Shown: positions 43,302 through 53,429, counted from the first letter of the stretch. The stretch: DNA of 64,000 bases from Candidatus Hermodarchaeota archaeon (GCA_048885765.1 JBHLLI010000001.1:2592-66591), one strand, 5' to 3'. A program made the numbers and translations. The notes: generated by a model from the sequence alone, not told the origin.

Positions 43302-46091
43302 CTACTCCACGAAAGATATATCTATTTTAAAGGTGGCAATCACATGAGGTTCTAAATTTACTTCAATTACATTGTTTTTAAAATTATCAATATAGGCTTT
43401 AATTTCATTCTTGGGGACTTCTTCTAAGAAATTCACTTTTTCCGCATTCTTTACAATTAGTTTGTCGTAAAAAGTTAATTTTCCATTCTGACGTGATGAT
43501 GACACATTAAATAGCCTAATTATTAAATGCTCTCCAACTTCTGCTTTTTTTATGCAACTTAAGACTATGTATTCATTATCAATCTCTAGAAAACTCAAGG
43601 TAGGAGGAAGATATGATTCTAACAGCTCTGTTTTAGATTTATAAAATATTGAAACTATACCGAAAGGTCGTAAAACTACTTTATCTGAGGTTCTTATTGG
43701 GCTTTCCACCATTGCAGGAAAAACCGGTTTAAAAGGATTGTTAAACTCTTTACCCCTTCTATGAATTTTTGAATCTATCCAATTTTCTTTATTACTCGTA
43801 ATGATTGACAATTCAAAACTATGAGTTCCAAGACATTGAGCCTCAGGTGTTTTAAAAGCAGGTCCTGCAGGAACATATCTTGATTGAAAATCATCACGAG
43901 ATAACCATTCAATGCACCTAAGAAGAGTGATAGCAAAAATAATTGAATTATCTTTATTTCTTATAGCTTCATATTCAGGTAACCCCTTATTTAAAACGGC
44001 AAAAGTCCCATTTTGACTGCTTACAGAAATAAAATCTTTTTGATGATTTGTAGGCATAGGTTTTTGCTCCCAATTATCTCCATTGGGCAAATCAACATTT
44101 CTAGGGACAACATAAAAATGCCCATCAGCATGAACTTTATCAGCTTTGATCTTTGTAGGAAATAAAACACGGATTCTATGATCTCTACTATTATTTTCCA
44201 TTTCTATCTTGAAATCAATTCTTTTTATGTTTTTATATAATGAAATATATAGAGTTATTTTATTATCTATAAGCCATTCTTCTCGATTATAACGATCTTC
44301 TGTTAATGAATGAGGAAGTTTTAAATTTAATCTTAATTTAAAGGTCTTTTGGGTTGGGCCATTGATATAAACAGATCTTTCAAAAATTGCTGCATCTTCG
44401 GTTGTAAACCTCAAATCGGTTTGATTGCTTTTAGGGCCTGAGAAGTCGTACGAGTCACCCCAATCGCCCACATCTTCAAAATTACATATTTTATCATATA
44501 CAATACCTGATTCTTTGTCAGTAACATTTATAAATCCTTCTGATGTAATGTCAACTCTATAATATTCATTTTCCAAGAAATCTCTTGTAATTTCAAAATT
44601 ATCAGGTGAAAATAAATTATTAATTTCAGATTTTGAGGGCATTACATAAAAAACATTATACCCATATGCGGGAATTTCTGCTAGAAAACTAATTTTATGG
44701 CTTATACTAGTTTGTCGTATAAATCTTGGAATTTCTTCTACACTAGAATCTTGCCAGTGAATTTCTTTATCATCCGAATCAACTATCTTTATGTTAAAAG
44801 GTAATTTTGCTCCCTTGGTGTCCTTCGAGATAAGATTAAATTCAACAATATCTCGCCGTTTCCAAGGAAGGGGATTAAAAACTAGTAAAACATTTCGATA
44901 TTTGTAAGCAGAGTTAATTTTTATTAGGTTTGATAAATAGAGAATTGAATCTTTATATATTTCATTAGCAATCTGTTCTGCCCAATCAAATCTTGTTTTC
45001 ATTTCATTATGTACCTCATCAATTGAACAACCGCAAATACTATCGTGGGGTGCATTCTTTTGTAACCATTTCAATCCTGTCAAGATGTAGTTTTTTGGAT
45101 AAACAAATTTATGATATTTATCAAGAACCCATGTAAATGTTGATGCAGGTTCTGTATACTTCTCATAGAGATATTCAATAGCGGTATTCCTTTGCTTTAT
45201 CCACATTCTTGCGGAGAATACCCCTGATAATATATTTGCATATCGACCTCCCCTTAATTCTCCTTGAAATTCTTTCAAATTCGGATTCGAACCTAATACC
45301 TTATTAATATAATATTCAAAGTCAGATTGGATCATTTTTATTTCAGGATGCAAATCATTCCATTGGTTTACAATTTCAGGGATTTCTCCCAGAGCTTCAT
45401 GATGATCATCACCGCTATTAAGAAGTACAATAGGAGTGCAAGTATATTTTTCAAAATTTTTAATCATAGACTCAATTTTTGTGAATGCTTTTTTGTATAT
45501 CTCCTTGTATTTCTTAGTATTTAGAGCACTCAATGATCCATAGCCAAAAATTAAGTGGATGGCTAATATTGATGCTGAATTTCCAGGTGCATTCCATTTG
45601 AATTCCAAGTTTAAGCTTTTTTCTTCAAATTCGTTTCCAAATCCTCTTTGAAATAAAATAGAAGGAATCTCAAATCCTTTTAAAATTTGAGGAAGTTGAG
45701 CGATATGACCAAACGGATCGGGGATATATCCCGCTTTCATGATGTTTCCAAATTTTTGTGCTATCTGATGACCAATCAAAAGATTTCTTATTAAGGATTC
45801 TCCGCTAACTAAAAACTCATCAGGAAGGACATACATAGGTCCAACAGAGAGTCTTCCTTCTTCTACATATTTTTTAATTTCTTCTTCCCTTTCGGGTCTA
45901 ACTTCTAGATAATCCTCTAAAGGGATTACTTGACCGTCAAAGGTAAAATTATTATATTCAGGATTAGTTTTTAAAATATGTAATAGTTTATCCATCATTA
46001 CTACTAATCTAGCACGGAATTCTTGAAACGTAATATACCATTCCCTATCCCAGTGAGTATGTGGTACAATTATAATTTCGTTAGCTTTCAT
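43302..46091 (-). CDS. glycoside hydrolase family 38 (alpha-mannosidase / mannosylglycerate hydrolase-like)
   Basis: 929 aa with no signal peptide. 'IIVPHTHWDREWY', 'GYIPDPFGH' and a length of ~900 aa are typical of prokaryotic GH38. Confidence 0.8.
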   Translation of the reverse strand: MKANEIIIVPHTHWDREWYITFQEFRARLVVMMDKLLHILKTNPEYNNFTFDGQVIPLEDYLEVRPEREEEIKKYVEEGRLSVGPMYVLPDEFLVSGESLIRNLLIGHQIAQKFGNIMKAGYIPDPFGHIAQLPQILKGFEIPSILFQRGFGNEFEEKSLNLEFKWNAPGNSASILAIHLIFGYGSLSALNTKKYKEIYKKAFTKIESMIKNFEKYTCTPIVLLNSGDDHHEALGEIPEIVNQWNDLHPEIKMIQSDFEYYINKVLGSNPNLKEFQGELRGGRYANILSGVFSARMWIKQRNTAIEYLYEKYTEPASTFTWVLDKYHKFVYPKNYILTGLKWLQKNAPHDSICGCSIDEVHNEMKTRFDWAEQIANEIYKDSILYLSNLIKINSAYKYRNVLLVFNPLPWKRRDIVEFNLISKDTKGAKLPFNIKIVDSDDKEIHWQDSSVEEIPRFIRQTSISHKISFLAEIPAYGYNVFYVMPSKSEINNLFSPDNFEITRDFLENEYYRVDITSEGFINVTDKESGIVYDKICNFEDVGDWGDSYDFSGPKSNQTDLRFTTEDAAIFERSVYINGPTQKTFKLRLNLKLPHSLTEDRYNREEWLIDNKITLYISLYKNIKRIDFKIEMENNSRDHRIRVLFPTKIKADKVHADGHFYVVPRNVDLPNGDNWEQKPMPTNHQKDFISVSSQNGTFAVLNKGLPEYEAIRNKDNSIIFAITLLRCIEWLSRDDFQSRYVPAGPAFKTPEAQCLGTHSFELSIITSNKENWIDSKIHRRGKEFNNPFKPVFPAMVESPIRTSDKVVLRPFGIVSIFYKSKTELLESYLPPTLSFLEIDNEYIVLSCIKKAEVGEHLIIRLFNVSSSRQNGKLTFYDKLIVKNAEKVNFLEEVPKNEIKAYIDNFKNNVIEVNLEPHVIATFKIDISFVE

Positions 46092-46180
46092 CTCAGATAC
46101 CTTATAACAAAATCCTAATTGAGTTTGAAAAAGATTTGTTTTATATAAATTAACTGAATATTATCATTACACAAAAATAA

Positions 46181-48343
46181 TTAATATTCGACCCATATTG
46201 GCCCGGCATAGGACATTCTGCCATTCTCTCCAACAATACGAATCAAATAGTAATCATAACCCTTTGTGTTCAACGTGCTCGGAACTATGGGATTGTCGCT
46301 ATATTGATTTATATAATAATTATTCCCTCTCTTCGAACAACTTTTTTCATAACTCGTTCCTATTATTGGTTCAGTATCAATTATTGTGAAATTAATTATT
46401 GGTGAAGAAATTGGTTCAGTATGCCATAAATTGCCATTTTTAATAATTTCAATATTCGCATTCCAGTTTGGCACCCAATTTGGAGTTACTGATGCTGCTT
46501 TAGATTTTAGGGCAACTGGTGCTCCGTCTTGGGCAAGAAAGATGTTGATTTCTCTGTGATCAGTCGAATTACTTGCTATGAAAGTTGAGCCATCTCCTAC
46601 ATTTGTTCCATTGATATTAAAACTAAGAATTGGTCGACCATGATCCGAATTTGAATAAATTCTCTGATTATCTAAACCACTAAAAACGCCTTCTCTTGTA
46701 AGATTATCTATGTAAACAGCAGTTAATCCTCCAGGATATGGATGTTCGTTTCGAGTATGCCATAAACTAAAAGGACGTTGATGACCAATATATGCCCGAG
46801 TATGACTTAGACTATGACCCGGATGACCATCATGTTCATCACTAGCTACATACATAGTCATTCTATATCCCATTGTATAAGCATCTACAATTGAAGAACC
46901 ATTAGTGTAAGTTGGTGGTTTATCGATAGCTCCTACGTAATTTAATTCATGTCTTTGCTCAAACAGAAACTCTCCATGAACAGAGGAGACTTCCGCGAGT
47001 TTAACATATTTTGGATTATTATATGTCCAATCTTGGATATAAGCTTCTTTAGTTGTATGATGAGGGAGTGCTAGTGCCTTTACACCATACTTAGATGTAA
47101 AGTCATCTAGGACATTCCATAAGACTTGAGGTGACCTAACCGTAAAATAAGAATCAAGTATCGGTGATTTTAATAATCTATCTCCACTAAAAATACAAAC
47201 ATAATGACCAGTTCTGACACATGTCCACTCTATTCCATGGAATGTAACAAAATTATCAGGTTCATACCATTTATTTGTACTACTTTCAAGTATATTAAGT
47301 GACCAGGGAGAAAATAACATGATTTCGCCATGATCTGTTAAGGCATTAAAATCAAGACATGCAATATTCTTAGCAAAGTAAAACGAGTGATCAGGCGAAC
47401 CAGTTCCATCAGAAAGTTCAGAATGAGAATGAATATCTCCCCATGCGATAAATGGATCAGTAGAGGTGAAATTTCTTACTATAATTGGATTACTATAGTA
47501 GATATTTTTAGTGATACTGTCATTTACCAAAATATAATGATAACCTGGAGTTTTAATACTTGCTTGAAATACATGTCTTCCGTTATCTTTTCCGTCTCTA
47601 ATTTCATAAGCAATATCCGATCCAAATAATTGACCAGTAAAAGTGTACGGATCTGGCAAATTTGCCTGAGTATTTGTTATTAATTCATAATTACTAAGAT
47701 TATATGATTCAATGGAAAATTCCACAGTTCCTTTATACACAGCACTCAGGCGCTCAAAAGGATCCCACGCTTCTACTGTAATTTCAAAAATTTCATCTGA
47801 ATTAGCCATTGTAGGAGCATTTATCCATAAAAGCTTCGGATTATTATCAAACATTACGCCTAAGTCAATACTCACCGAAGTCCATAAAGTGATAGGAATT
47901 ACAATAGCTATAAACCCAATAGCTTTACGTTTTTTATTTGATAATCTCTCATAACTCTGTGACCATTGAGCTATTTTCTTGATGTTAATGTTTTTTCTCT
48001 TTAAAATTTCTAAAATCAATATGAAAAATAAATAGGACAAAATGAAGGTTACTGAAGACCAGATTACTATAGATAAAGGTGCAATTTCGTGGTAAAAATG
48101 CACAAAGACAGTAATTGAACCAATATAGAATACTAGAACAATTCCGTTTCGTTTCCATGCTTTATCTTTTATGAAAATAAAATACATAACACCGATAATT
48201 AAACCAATTAAAGACCAAAAATACCAAAAAAGAGTGACTATACTAAATCCATAGAGCATTAATCTAGGCATTCGCTTTAAACGAGACAGGTCTCTTTTTA
48301 GTGTTGTTGTTTCATTACTTTCTTGCCTTTTTGTTTTTCTCAT
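46181..48343 (-). CDS. membrane-anchored protein with Ig-like domain and PHP/DUF3604-like metal-dependent phosphoesterase domain
   Basis: 720 aa with about 5 N-terminal TM helices. It then has 'AWGDIHSHSELSDGTGSPDH' and 'NALTDHGE', with later His-rich motifs 'LPHHTT' and 'SDEHDGHPGHS'. Confidence 0.5.
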   Translation of the reverse strand: MRKTKRQESNETTTLKRDLSRLKRMPRLMLYGFSIVTLFWYFWSLIGLIIGVMYFIFIKDKAWKRNGIVLVFYIGSITVFVHFYHEIAPLSIVIWSSVTFILSYLFFILILEILKRKNINIKKIAQWSQSYERLSNKKRKAIGFIAIVIPITLWTSVSIDLGVMFDNNPKLLWINAPTMANSDEIFEITVEAWDPFERLSAVYKGTVEFSIESYNLSNYELITNTQANLPDPYTFTGQLFGSDIAYEIRDGKDNGRHVFQASIKTPGYHYILVNDSITKNIYYSNPIIVRNFTSTDPFIAWGDIHSHSELSDGTGSPDHSFYFAKNIACLDFNALTDHGEIMLFSPWSLNILESSTNKWYEPDNFVTFHGIEWTCVRTGHYVCIFSGDRLLKSPILDSYFTVRSPQVLWNVLDDFTSKYGVKALALPHHTTKEAYIQDWTYNNPKYVKLAEVSSVHGEFLFEQRHELNYVGAIDKPPTYTNGSSIVDAYTMGYRMTMYVASDEHDGHPGHSLSHTRAYIGHQRPFSLWHTRNEHPYPGGLTAVYIDNLTREGVFSGLDNQRIYSNSDHGRPILSFNINGTNVGDGSTFIASNSTDHREINIFLAQDGAPVALKSKAASVTPNWVPNWNANIEIIKNGNLWHTEPISSPIINFTIIDTEPIIGTSYEKSCSKRGNNYYINQYSDNPIVPSTLNTKGYDYYLIRIVGENGRMSYAGPIWVEY

Positions 48344-48427
48344 GTTACAATATTGAACTTATTTGATTATAAATATTAAAACTAACAAAAATGTCGACTA
48401 TACATCAAATTGTCCTTCTAGTTTTAA

Positions 48428-49945
48428 TCAGATTATAGATTTGCCTATAACACTTGAATGTGGGGTGACTCCTAATAATTTTAATAAGGAAGGAACCATA
48501 TCTGTAGTTTTACAATATGATACTTCAATTTGTGGAATTTCAGGTGAACCGCCAATTAAAAATGGTACAATCATAGAGTTTCTAATTCCACAATCATGAG
48601 AAAATGGTGAATCTCCAACTGTTCGTCCATGTTCATAATTGAAGTAATACTCCCCTAGAGTGGAAACAACAATATCGCAAGATCTAGGATTTTTAAAATA
48701 CCTTGGTATTTGATCGATAATCATGGGAAAGTTTATAGAGTTTGTAGCTTCTAACCATTCTTCTAAAGTATGGAACTTATTGTCAAGTATTTTTGCAGCT
48801 GTTTCATTTTTACTATATTGATAAAAGTCATTGCCATCAAAAGTATATTTTGTTTGCTGTTCTTTTCCAAAACCGCGATATTCAATCAATCCATGATACC
48901 TTTGCTTAGAATTTTTGTCAAAATATTCAATGTGAATAGTTCCCTTTTCTGGTGTATTATAATCTCCTCTATAATACATGTATTTAACTCCCGGAATCTC
49001 CCACATAGTATCAAAAAGATTGATTTCTTGTTTTCCGCTTCCACTTACCCTAAACTTTTGCATTTTTTGAATGGAAGGATGATGATGCCATGTCTCCCCC
49101 GGAAAATTAAAGAAACCAACTGAGCCGAAATTACAGTCAAAATCTCCAGTTCCTTTTTCTGGAACGTATGGTATTAATCCTTTTTGTTGAAAAAATGGTT
49201 GAAGATCAAACAGATTTTTTGCTTGATAATTCCCGTGGTCTGAAATGATTCCTATTGCTGTAGAATCATAATACCCTGTCTTTTTTAGAGTTTTGATTAA
49301 AGTTCCGAGATATTTATCACATTCAATTATTAATTTGATATAATCATTATCATCGAAACCTTTTCTATGCATAAGATCATCTGTTTGGAAAATATAACCC
49401 ACACTTATTAATGGAACATCTTTGTTTGGAAAATAATGTTGGGGAGATTCAAACGCAATCTCAATATTTTTAAAGATTCCTCCTACATCAAAAACACTTT
49501 TTCCAGTAACAAAATGTGCTCCTCGAAATAGGAAACAACTAGAACTCAACTTATTTCCTTCGGGCACTTGTTCAAAGATAGTTTTCACTTTATTACCAAC
49601 ATCTTTATTAGCTTTTAATAGCTGTGATCTATCTCCATAATTTCTTATAAATGGAGTTTTTTTACTTAGTAATGGAGGATCTGAGCGATTTACCCAATGA
49701 TACATTGGAATTGCATTGCCCTCCTTGGGAAAATATCCTGAATAAGTTCCTGTGATGATATTACCATAACATGGAAAAGTAACAGAAGGATATGAGGTAA
49801 TACAATTTGAACATTTAATCCCATTATCAGCAAGTTTTGCCATATTAGGAAGTCGATCTTCCTTCATTAATTTGAATAAATGTTCTGCACGAACATCATC
49901 AATAATGAACAATATTACTTGACTAATTGTATTTATTCGACTCAC
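48428..49945 (-). CDS. alkaline-phosphatase-superfamily enzyme (nucleotide pyrophosphatase/phosphodiesterase-like)
   Basis: 505 aa. 'ILFIIDDVRAEHL', the nucleophile context 'YPSVTFPCYGNIITG' and 'IISDHGN'. Confidence 0.7.
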   Translation of the reverse strand: MSRINTISQVILFIIDDVRAEHLFKLMKEDRLPNMAKLADNGIKCSNCITSYPSVTFPCYGNIITGTYSGYFPKEGNAIPMYHWVNRSDPPLLSKKTPFIRNYGDRSQLLKANKDVGNKVKTIFEQVPEGNKLSSSCFLFRGAHFVTGKSVFDVGGIFKNIEIAFESPQHYFPNKDVPLISVGYIFQTDDLMHRKGFDDNDYIKLIIECDKYLGTLIKTLKKTGYYDSTAIGIISDHGNYQAKNLFDLQPFFQQKGLIPYVPEKGTGDFDCNFGSVGFFNFPGETWHHHPSIQKMQKFRVSGSGKQEINLFDTMWEIPGVKYMYYRGDYNTPEKGTIHIEYFDKNSKQRYHGLIEYRGFGKEQQTKYTFDGNDFYQYSKNETAAKILDNKFHTLEEWLEATNSINFPMIIDQIPRYFKNPRSCDIVVSTLGEYYFNYEHGRTVGDSPFSHDCGIRNSMIVPFLIGGSPEIPQIEVSYCKTTDMVPSLLKLLGVTPHSSVIGKSII

Positions 49946-50042
49946 CTTTATCCTAAATCTAATAACAATTTATTTAAATCTTAAATAAAATATTGTTGTA
50001 TAGAATTTGAATTTTGAATATTAATTATACTAATAAATAATA

Positions 50043-51113
50043 ATGGAAACCACTCATAAAGTATATTTCAAAAACGCTTCAGATATGTCTGAAATTAAGT
50101 CAAATTCCATAGATTTAATCATAACTTCACCTCCATACCCTATGATTGAGATCTGGGATCCATTATTTTTATCTTTAAATAGTGAGATTAAGCAAGCACT
50201 TGAAGAAGGGAAAGGAAAGAGTGCTTTTGATCTAATGCATCAAGAATTGGATAAGGTATGGATAGAAGTAACACGAGTTTTAAAGGATGGAGGAATGGTA
50301 TGTGTTAATGTTGGAGATGCAACAAGAAAAATCGGGAATAGTTTTCAATTATTTCCTAACCATATTAAAATTGCAAATTCATTTCTAAATAAAGAATTCA
50401 TTGAATTACCTAGTATATTATGGAGAAAACCTACAAATAGTCCTAATAAGTTCATGGGATCAGGTATGCTCCCACCTCATGCCTATATTACTCTTGAGCA
50501 TGAATACATCTTAATATTCAGGAAAGGCAATGCTAAAAGAGAGATTCCTTCTAAATCAGAAACTAGATATAATAGTGCGTATTTTTGGGAGGAGAGGAAT
50601 TCATGGTTTTCAGATATATGGATGGATATTATAGGAGCTTCCCAAGAGATTAATAATAATAAGAAAGACAGTGATGTGAGAAAAAGATCAGCAGCTTTTC
50701 CTTTAGAACTTCCATATCGATTAATTAATATGTTTTCGCTTTATGGAGATACAATATTGGATCCGTTTTGGGGTACAGGAACAACATCATTAGCAGCAAT
50801 GATATCTAGCAGAAATTCAATTGGATATGAGATTAGCTCGGAATTTAGTAAAATATTTAAGAAAAACATAAAAAACCTCAAGCAATTAAATCTTGACATT
50901 AATAAAAATAGAATTAATCAACACGTCGATTTTATTAAGAAGTACAATAAAAAAGGTAAACAGATTAAGTATAATTCAGTTTATTATAAGTTACCTGTCG
51001 TAACTAAACAAGAAATCGATATTTTGTTATATTCAATAAAAGATGTCAGTGAAAATAGGAATGAATTTAAGCTTACATATGAAAAATTCAAACTTGACAA
51101 TAAACCTTACTAA
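50043..51113 (+). CDS. beta-class N4-cytosine/N6-adenine DNA methyltransferase (SPPY type)
   Basis: 356 aa. Motif IV 'DLIITSPPYP' is near the N-terminus and motif I 'ILDPFWGTGTT' is near residue 240, which is the PF01555-like order. Confidence 0.8.
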   Translation: METTHKVYFKNASDMSEIKSNSIDLIITSPPYPMIEIWDPLFLSLNSEIKQALEEGKGKSAFDLMHQELDKVWIEVTRVLKDGGMVCVNVGDATRKIGNSFQLFPNHIKIANSFLNKEFIELPSILWRKPTNSPNKFMGSGMLPPHAYITLEHEYILIFRKGNAKREIPSKSETRYNSAYFWEERNSWFSDIWMDIIGASQEINNNKKDSDVRKRSAAFPLELPYRLINMFSLYGDTILDPFWGTGTTSLAAMISSRNSIGYEISSEFSKIFKKNIKNLKQLNLDINKNRINQHVDFIKKYNKKGKQIKYNSVYYKLPVVTKQEIDILLYSIKDVSENRNEFKLTYEKFKLDNKPY

Positions 51114-52930
51114 ATATGTGATTCTAGAAACTTATAAGCAATAGATAAAAATGCATCTTCGACGTTTTCACCAGTTTTGGCAGAAGTCATGATATAATGA
51201 ATATTGTACTTGTCAGCTATTCTTTTCAAATCTGATTCTGTAATTTGAATTTGTTCAGTTAAATCTGATTTATTCCCAATTAAAATTATTTTAGTATATG
51301 GTTCAGTAAATTTATAAATTTCCTCATACCATGTATTAACATTCTTTAAAGTGTCTGAACGGGTCCTATCAACAGTAATAAAAGCGAAATTGGCACCCTC
51401 ATAAAACTTTTTTCTGTAAGGCGCCATTTTAGGCATCTGACCTCCAATATCCCAAATTACGAATCTTATTTTTGTATCCTCGCCTAATTTTACTAATTTT
51501 TGTGAAATATCTACTCCTATTGTTGAATGATAAACTTCTCTAAAGATATTTTGCACATATCTGTTAATTAATGATGTTTTTCCCACGGCAAAATCTCCAG
51601 TTAGAATTAATTTTAAATGGTATTCTCCAGTTGGTATTTTACCATCTTTAGTTTTAGATAAAATCTTTATAATCTCCGGAATTTCGAGAGAAACTTCTTT
51701 ATTCTCTCCTAACATTAATTCAACCTTTGAAGCTACATGTTCAGAAAAAACTCTCAATTCTGTATCTGTAGTAAAAAGGTTAGAAATTGTTAATAATATC
51801 GACCTCGGACCCATAGAACAATATGCAAATTTTTTTTCCTCTATAGTAGTTATATTAAAAAAATTACTAACATCACTAAATTCCTTTTTAATTCTCTCTA
51901 TAAATGAATCAACTGTTACAGCAATTGCTCCTAATATCTCTTCATCTCCAGCATCTTTTTTACTTTCAGATGTTATCACAAAACCTTCCGGGTCGCTAAT
52001 AATTACCCCTATAATCCCTTCCACATTATTAATATAATTCAATAATAACGTTCTTAAGCGTTGTTCTAAAGAACTTATTCTTGTGGTTGGTTTTTCTGGT
52101 TCTTTTGTATGAATTTGAGGAAGTAGTTCCTCTTTTAAATTCTCAACATCTTTTAACTTATTTTTTATATCATGATATTTCTTATAAAATTCCATTCCAA
52201 TAGGGTCTTCTCCGAGTTCTCTACATATTTCCACAATTTTCTTATAGAAAAAGTCTAATTTTTCAAAATTAATTGTAACAATAGCTTCTTCAAACTGATT
52301 AAGCAATAACTGTTTATTTTTTAAAGTTTTTAATATTGGAGACATCTCATCAGACATTTCCAAATTATTAATAATAATTCGAATTATTTCGTCTCTATTA
52401 TTGGAATTAAGAGCACTTAGAGAATAGGCCTTGATACCTAAGATATCTTCTATTTGCTTAGAATTTATGGAATTTTCTAATTCCCATTTATTCCCAATAG
52501 CAATTTTATTAGCGTATGGAGTTTCTTCTTCTATTTTCTTGACAAAAGATTTACTTTTTTCTACATTTTCTGTAGTAGAATCTGTAATTATAAGAACAAG
52601 ATCACTTCCTTTCATGAAATTATTCCATAAGAAACCAATCTCTGATTGACCAGTAAAATCGCGTATCAGAAAATTTACGCTTCCAATTTTTAATTTAGAA
52701 ATATCCGCATTAATAGTTGGATCATGGTCTAAAGGTATATTTTTAGTTCTTATAAGGTCAATAATTGTTGTCTTTCCAACAGAATCGTATCCAACTAAGG
52801 ATATTATTGGGGATAAATTATCTTGTATTGAAGCAATTACCTCATCAAATTTTTTAAAATTATTAGGTTCAGTTGATAATGGTAAAATCTCTTTAAAATA
52901 TTTCAGAAATTTCTCCTTACACTTACTCAA
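51110..52930 (-). CDS. multidomain small-GTPase protein: GTPase 1, helical linker, Roadblock/LC7, Rab/Arf-like GTPase 2; the frame stays open 87 codons further upstream
   Basis: GTPase 1 has 'GYDSVGKT', 'DFTGQ' and 'GNKWE'. Roadblock is 'VEGIIGVIISDPEGFVITSES...GAIAVTVDSF'. GTPase 2 has 'GDFAVGKT', 'WDIGGQ', 'GNKSDL' and 'SAKTG'. The ORF track starts at TTG 52930, but the same frame has no stop up to 53191. Confidence 0.8.
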   Translation of the reverse strand: MSKCKEKFLKYFKEILPLSTEPNNFKKFDEVIASIQDNLSPIISLVGYDSVGKTTIIDLIRTKNIPLDHDPTINADISKLKIGSVNFLIRDFTGQSEIGFLWNNFMKGSDLVLIITDSTTENVEKSKSFVKKIEEETPYANKIAIGNKWELENSINSKQIEDILGIKAYSLSALNSNNRDEIIRIIINNLEMSDEMSPILKTLKNKQLLLNQFEEAIVTINFEKLDFFYKKIVEICRELGEDPIGMEFYKKYHDIKNKLKDVENLKEELLPQIHTKEPEKPTTRISSLEQRLRTLLLNYINNVEGIIGVIISDPEGFVITSESKKDAGDEEILGAIAVTVDSFIERIKKEFSDVSNFFNITTIEEKKFAYCSMGPRSILLTISNLFTTDTELRVFSEHVASKVELMLGENKEVSLEIPEIIKILSKTKDGKIPTGEYHLKLILTGDFAVGKTSLINRYVQNIFREVYHSTIGVDISQKLVKLGEDTKIRFVIWDIGGQMPKMAPYRKKFYEGANFAFITVDRTRSDTLKNVNTWYEEIYKFTEPYTKIILIGNKSDLTEQIQITESDLKRIADKYNIHYIMTSAKTGENVEDAFLSIAYKFLESHI

Positions 52931-53429
52931 TTCTTTTTTAATGGCAATAAAATCATCTTTTGCATCATTAATAAATAAAAAGAGTAATTTGAAGTCTTTT
53001 TCAATAAAATAACTAATTCTGTATGTCTTATAATCTTGAAATTGGATTGTTTCAATTTCATCAGAAAAAAATTCCTTTATTAGAGTCTCATAAGCCTCTT
53101 CTTCTAATACTTTACTAAATTGTCTTTCATAGATAAGTAAGGTCTCCTTGTAAATGCAAACACGCCTTAAAATTATATAGCACCTTATTTTTTATTTTTT
53201 CTCTGAAAATAAAAAGAAAATCACATCTCAACTTAATTAATGGTAAAAGTATCATATAAAATTTTATTTAATAAATCAAAAAAAATACCTAAAAATAAAA
53301 AACAGTATTTTTATTAATTACAAAATTAATTTCATAGATTAATTAAAAAGTTATTAATCTAAGAATACACAGGGTTTAGTAGTGTATCATACTATTTTTA
53401 CAACAAGAGAATAAAAAAGTCGATTTAAA

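Noticed and set aside
48363-48599. 78-aa plus-strand ORF overlapping the 3' end of the AP-superfamily gene
   Set aside because: It overlaps the well-supported minus-strand gene by about 170 nt, carries no recognisable motif, and starts at a non-ATG codon.
50043-52930. Restriction-modification or other defence island around the methyltransferase
   Set aside because: Both neighbours have clear unrelated identities: an AP-superfamily hydrolase and a Roadblock/small-GTPase protein. No nuclease, helicase or specificity-subunit motifs were seen.
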